DNA of 64,000 nucleotides. Source: Methanobacteriota archaeon. GTDB lineage: Archaea > Halobacteriota > Bog-38 > Methanoflorentales > Methanoflorentaceae. A model generated the notes under the pieces. That model was not told where the DNA came from, made no database searches, and saw only the letters and a program-made list of their open reading frames with translations. Below, piece by piece: positions 59,653 to 64,000 of this stretch; position 1 is the stretch's first letter; each line of letters begins with the position of its first letter. The stretch is from assembly GCA_963719035.1 (NCBI GenBank), contig CAVRAO010000002.1, forward strand, positions 752,198-816,197, in the 5' to 3' direction. The position numbers were made by a program, and so were the translations under genes.

Positions 59653-60042
59653 ATGGCTATGGAAAACGAACGATTTGAACGTGGTTTGGCTGCGCTGCGG
59701 AAGGCAAACGAGCAGGGCCTAAACGATCTTATACGAAATATGGACGCTGTAGCGCCCGACCTCGCGCGCTTTGTAATCGAGTTTGCATACGGGGATATCT
59801 ATACTCGGCCCGGACTACTTCCGAACCAGCGCGAATTGTGCATCGTCGCCGCGCTTACCGCGCTCGGCAATCGAGAGCGTCAGCTTAGCGATCACATTCA
59901 GGCAGCGCTTAACAGCGGATGCACGCCTCAAGAGGTGACTGAGGTCATTCTCATGATGGCCGTGTATGCAGGGTTTCCCGTTGCAATCAATGGAATGGAG
60001 ATCGTGCGTGAGCTATTACTCCCTGAACCCCCGTCGGATTGA
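59653..60042 (+). CDS. Carboxymuconolactone decarboxylase family protein
   Basis: 'EFAYGDIYTRPGL', 'RELC.VAAL', 'HIQAALNSG', 'VYAGFP'. Confidence 0.9.
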   Translation: MAMENERFERGLAALRKANEQGLNDLIRNMDAVAPDLARFVIEFAYGDIYTRPGLLPNQRELCIVAALTALGNRERQLSDHIQAALNSGCTPQEVTEVILMMAVYAGFPVAINGMEIVRELLLPEPPSD

Positions 60043-60154
60043 CGATACAGTGGCATTCGACCAGACGGCACCTACTTACTAACTAAAAAAGCATAACAAA
60101 ATAGCTTACTATGCATTCGAGCGGCGCGGTTTCCGAAGGCGATCGGGAAAAAGA

Positions 60155-60229
60155 TGCTCCGGTTGGGATTTGAACCCAAGTCGAGGGAGTGAGAGTCCCT
60201 CATGATTGGCCGGACTACACTACCGGAGC
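60155..60229 (-). tRNA. tRNA-Glu (anticodon CTC)
   Basis: Reverse complement GCTCCGGTAGTGTAGTCCGGCCAATCATGAGGGACTCTCACTCCCTCGACTTGGGTTCAAATCCCAACCGGAGCA folds as a cloverleaf; no encoded CCA. Confidence 0.95.
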
Positions 60230-60345
60230 GTAGCTTCACTTTTCGCTTGTACACTCATAAACTTTGCTAGCTACAGCAGAGTGCTGGCTTCCGTCGTCGA
60301 CGTTGTTCCAGCAAGCTTTACAGGATTTTAGCAGTCAGGCTGCTC

Positions 60346-60774
60346 TTAGAAATGCAGGCCTGAATACTGGAGAAAGAAGGAGATGAAATAGACGAGCGCC
60401 GTGGCTTTGATTATTTTGGCCGCTAAAACGACGACTACGAAGCGTGAAGGGTCGTAGTTTTCCATGCCTGCAACGAGTGAAACAAGATCTCCTGCAAATG
60501 GGATCCATGGGGCGGCAAAAAGAAGCGCCCCCCCGTACTTTCGAAACCATTGTTGGGCCCGCTTATCGCGTTCGCTGTCGTGAAAAGGGATAATTCGTCT
60601 GAGGCCGTACTTGCCGATAAGGAAGCCAACAGCTGCGCCAATGAATGAGCCTACGATCACTACTATCAAAACGAGCAGCGGACTGACCTGCTTATCAAGC
60701 AAAATCGCTATCGTTGGCTCAGCGGGAATGGGGTGAAAGACTGCCGTGACATTTACCAGGAATAATTCCAGCAA
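60346..60774 (-). CDS. DedA/VTT (YqaA-like) membrane protein
   Basis: 'GSFIGAAVGFLIGKYG', 'WFRKYGG.LLF..WIPF.GDL..LVAG'. Confidence 0.85.
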   Translation of the reverse strand: MLELFLVNVTAVFHPIPAEPTIAILLDKQVSPLLVLIVVIVGSFIGAAVGFLIGKYGLRRIIPFHDSERDKRAQQWFRKYGGALLFAAPWIPFAGDLVSLVAGMENYDPSRFVVVVLAAKIIKATALVYFISFFLQYSGLHF

Positions 60775-60937
60775 AAGATAGTCAGTGACCGATGGCAGCT
60801 GTCTTCACCTGCGAGCTTATATCAGTTACATCTAGCGCTTGTTATAAAAAACGCACGTAGCAGCAGCATTGCTTCGAAACATCTCCTGTGAACCGAACGC
60901 ACTTCTTGAAAAAACACCCCAAAACATCCTTGTGCTG

Positions 60938-61696
60938 CTATATCTCAACGACGTCATTCAAAAACGAATATTCCTCACGGGTCTTGCGGACGAGCGTCGT
61001 GTCAGTGTCCGCTTCAATAATTGCCTCCACACGTCCCGCTGCAGCGATCACCGCTCCCCACGGATCGGTAATCATGCTGCAACCGGCCAACGTGGTTGTC
61101 GGCGTCGGTGCGCCAACTTGATTGCAGCCAACGACGTAACATTGCGCTTCGATCGCACGCGCCCTATTAAGCGTAATCCAATGATCGAGGCGCGGATAAG
61201 GCCACGCTGCAGGACAGACGATGATCTCAGCCCCTTTCTTAACCAGAGCTCGATAAAGCTCAGGAAAGCGCAGATCATAACAGATCGAAAACCCGATGAT
61301 GCCAAGCTCAGTTGGAGCTGTGACTACCTCCTTCCCAGCAACTAGCGAACGTTTCTCTTTCGAATGGTATGAGAACAGGTGAATCTTGCGGTACTGCGCG
61401 AGAATTCGCCCTCGCCGATCGATGAGCACGCTTGTGTTGTACTTCTGATCGTGGTCGTCCACCTCGAGGATGCTGCCCATAAGGATATAACATCCCTTTT
61501 CTCGAGCGAGTCGTGCAAAGATTTCCGTGGTACGTCCCGGGATGGGCTCCCCTACTTTGAAGTTCCTGCAATGAGCAAAGAGCTCTGGGAGCACGATGAG
61601 TTCGGCATTCGTTTCTTTGCATAAAGCGACCGCGTGGTCGACGTTTTCCTCCCACGTGCCGATCGCACCCATCTGAATACAGGCTATTTGCGTCAT
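60938..61696 (-). CDS. Carbon-nitrogen hydrolase (nitrilase superfamily)
   Basis: 'LPELF', 'YRKIHLF', 'ICYDLRFPEL', 'RARAIE', 'DPWG'. Confidence 0.92.
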   Translation of the reverse strand: MTQIACIQMGAIGTWEENVDHAVALCKETNAELIVLPELFAHCRNFKVGEPIPGRTTEIFARLAREKGCYILMGSILEVDDHDQKYNTSVLIDRRGRILAQYRKIHLFSYHSKEKRSLVAGKEVVTAPTELGIIGFSICYDLRFPELYRALVKKGAEIIVCPAAWPYPRLDHWITLNRARAIEAQCYVVGCNQVGAPTPTTTLAGCSMITDPWGAVIAAAGRVEAIIEADTDTTLVRKTREEYSFLNDVVEI

Positions 61697-61864
61697 TTAA
61701 CGTACCACCTGCGATCGAACCCGCTATTCACACGTGCTCAATGGCCCTTGAACATATAGCCTTTGAGGACCAAAAACGCCCCTCGTGCATAGTTGATGAC
61801 TGATCGCACGGATACCTACGATTTTCAGCAAAATATTTCTATTCTCAATCAGAACTACAGGTCA

Positions 61865-62742
61865 ATGAAGCGAGAGCAAATCCTTATCGAAGCGTTGCCT
61901 TACATCAGGGATTTTTACGGATCATTCGTCGTCATTAAGATCGGCGGGCACGCGATGATCGATAAGCGCCTTATGGAAGGTATTATCGAAGATATCGTGC
62001 TCTTGCGGTATGTTGGAATGCAGCCAGTACTTGTCCATGGGGGGGACCTGAAATCAGTGCAAAAATGGAGCGGATGGGCAAAAAGCCCGAATTCGCGGCA
62101 GGTTTACGCATAACTGATGAAGAGACGCTCGAGATCGCCCGCATGGTCCTCGTCGGGAACATTAACACGCGTCTCGTGGCACTTATCGGCAAACACGGTG
62201 GCAAAGGGGTCGGGCTATCCGGAAAGGATGGCCGCATGATTGCCGCTCGTAAAAAAAGTCCCCAGCGTGTGGTCTATGAAGGTATCGAACGCGAAATTGA
62301 CCTCGGCTGGGTCGGAGAGACCGAAATCATCAACCCGGAGATCCTGATGATCATGGCGGGCAAGGGATATATTCCCGTCATAGCGCCCATTGCCGTCGAT
62401 AGCGCGTGTCATAGCCTCAATCTTAACGCCGACACGGTTGCCGGAGACATAGCCGCGGCGCTTATGGCTCGGAAGCTCATCGCCCTGACTGACGTCAACG
62501 GTATCCAAGGCGATGAAAATGATCCTACGACGGTCATCTCTAGGATGACGTTCGCTGAGGCCCAACGTGCGATCGAAGCGGGAAGCATTCGCGGAGGGAT
62601 GATTCCAAAAGTGCACGCTTGCATAAAGGCTCTCGAAGCCGGGGTGCAGAATGCACACATCATTAACGGCAACGTACATCACGCCCTTCTACTTGAGTTG
62701 TTTACTGACAAAGGCATCGGAACGATGATTGTAAGGAGTTAA
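61865..62742 (+). CDS. argB: Acetylglutamate kinase (frameshift in the G-run near 62040)
   Basis: 'EALPYI', 'VIKIGGHAM', 'VHGG', 'GLRITD', 'NADTVAG.IA', 'GGMIPKV', 'ELFT..GIGT'. Confidence 0.93.
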
Positions 62743-62781
62743 ACACGTGGACGAAATAGCTCACGCACGTGAACGGCATAC

Positions 62782-64000
62782 ATGACGACGATTCGCGAAG
62801 TGGAATTGCAGGGACATATTATTGACTCGTTGACGTTGACACGCGTGCTCGATAAGATCATGGATCTTGACGGCGAGTTTGAGGTAATATCCTTCAAGAT
62901 TGGGGAGCACAAGAGCGACCCGAGTTACGTGCGGCTTGCGGTCAAGGGACGCGACGAGGCACACCTCGATGCGATCCTCAGCGACCTTCATCGGCTCGGT
63001 GCGCAAGTTCCCGAGATTGAAGATGTCCGACTCGGGACGGCTGTCAAGGATAAGGTAGTCCCCGAAGGGTTTTATTCGACTACGAATCACCCCACGTTTG
63101 TTCACCAGCGCGGCACGTGGATTCCCGTCGAGGGCATTGAAATGGACTGTATGATCGTCATCCACGACGATCGTGCGGTGTGCACACCACTCCACCGCAT
63201 CTTGGCTGGAGATCTGGTCGTGCTTGGACAGCGCGGCGTCCGCGTCATCCCACCCGAACGCCCGCGCACACACTCCCTCTTTGAGTTTATGGGAGGCGCT
63301 GTGTCCTCTGAGCGTCCCTCTGCGACGCTCATCCACCAAATTGCCATAGAAATGGTGAACGCGAGGGTGCAGGGAAAGAAGATCGCTGTGGTTGCAGGAC
63401 CGGCTGTGTCGCACACCGGCGCGGCTGACGCCCTTGCACGGATTATCCGCCGCGGATACGTTAATGCTCTGCTGGCCGGCAACGCGCTTGCCGTTCACGA
63501 TATCGAGCGCGCGCTCTACGGCACGTCGCTTGGCCTCGACATCAAAACGGCAGAGCTGGTAAGCCAGGGGCACAAAAACCACCTCTACGCCATCAGCGAA
63601 GTGGTCCGGTGCGGTTCGATAACAGCGGCGGTGCAGCAGGGACTCGTGAAAAGCGGCATTATGTATGAAAGCGTGGTCAATAACGTGCCTTTCGTGCTTG
63701 CCGGGTCCATCCGCGACGATGGCCCCTTGCCCGAAGTCATCACAGACATAATGGTCGCACAGGATGCAATGCGTGCGCTCCTCAAAGACGTTGACCTCGT
63801 TCTTATGATGGCCACGATGTTGCACTCAATTGCTGTCGGGAATATGCTCCCATCGTACGTTAAGACGATTTGTGTTGATATTAATCCAGCCACCGTGACG
63901 AAGCTTATCGATCGCGGCACGGCGCAGGCAATCGGGATCGTGACCGACGTGGGAACCTTTTTGCCTGCTTTGGCGTCAGAGATCGAGGTGCTCGACGTCG
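62782..64000 (+). CDS. TIGR00300-family protein (ornithine cyclodeaminase-like, AgrE/ArgZ C-terminal homolog); runs off window end
   Basis: My translation: [16 protein letters not shown]...[12 protein letters not shown]...MDC...[13 protein letters not shown]...[11 protein letters not shown]...[12 protein letters not shown]...MLHSIAVGN...[15 protein letters not shown]. Confidence 0.88.
   Translation, partial: MTTIREVELQGHIIDSLTLTRVLDKIMDLDGEFEVISFKIGEHKSDPSYVRLAVKGRDEAHLDAILSDLHRLGAQVPEIEDVRLGTAVKDKVVPEGFYSTTNHPTFVHQRGTWIPVEGIEMDCMIVIHDDRAVCTPLHRILAGDLVVLGQRGVRVIPPERPRTHSLFEFMGGAVSSERPSATLIHQIAIEMVNARVQGKKIAVVAGPAVSHTGAADALARIIRRGYVNALLAGNALAVHDIERALYGTSLGLDIKTAELVSQGHKNHLYAISEVVRCGSITAAVQQGLVKSGIMYESVVNNVPFVLAGSIRDDGPLPEVITDIMVAQDAMRALLKDVDLVLMMATMLHSIAVGNMLPSYVKTICVDINPATVTKLIDRGTAQAIGIVTDVGTFLPALASEIEVLDV

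Noticed and set aside
60155-60229. tRNA-Glu as an integration site
   Set aside because: I found no duplicated tRNA 3' end or integrase nearby, and the flanks are housekeeping genes.
62039-62047. Programmed frameshift or phase variation in argB (also scpA)
   Set aside because: A single-base loss in a short homopolymer is the typical long-read error and matches the indel background of the window.
62761-63825. 354-aa minus-strand ORF
   Set aside because: Antisense shadow of the + strand TIGR00300-family gene.

Overview
Archaeal chromosomal DNA, most consistent with a Halobacteriota/methanogen-related lineage (inferred from a PGF-CTERM protein, DUF1616, archaeal-type AspRS, smc-scpA-scpB and a TIGR00300-family gene). 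Layout: 1-10 kb cell-surface and membrane genes, including a secreted protein with near-identical ~309-bp Ig-like repeats; 10.8-28 kb a glycan-biosynthesis island (flippase, epimerase, five GT4s, CapA-like, Asn-synthase-like, CapK-like and methyltransferase genes, many frameshifted); 28.5-32.6 kb small accessory genes; 42-64 kb housekeeping genes (hisI, hisS, larB, scpB/scpA/smc, aspS, hisD, amrS, hsp20, TatD, tRNA-Glu, argB). The striking feature is an 8.3-kb insert (33115-41436) that splits an O-methyltransferase gene; removing it restores the reading frame. From left to right the insert is (i) a 189-nt poly(dA) tract, (ii) ~1.2 kb that has lost almost every + strand cytosine (6 remain, in two recurring contexts) and reads as GC-rich coding DNA if T is restored to C, and (iii) ~6.9 kb of GC-rich, bacterial-style virus/satellite DNA (NrS-1-like primase-polymerase/helicase, iteron cluster, serine recombinase, TerS-like protein, split TerL). 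This could record an undescribed capture route for foreign DNA (dA-tailing plus strand-specific cytosine deamination). A library or assembly artefact cannot be excluded from sequence alone, since single-base indels are frequent in this window.
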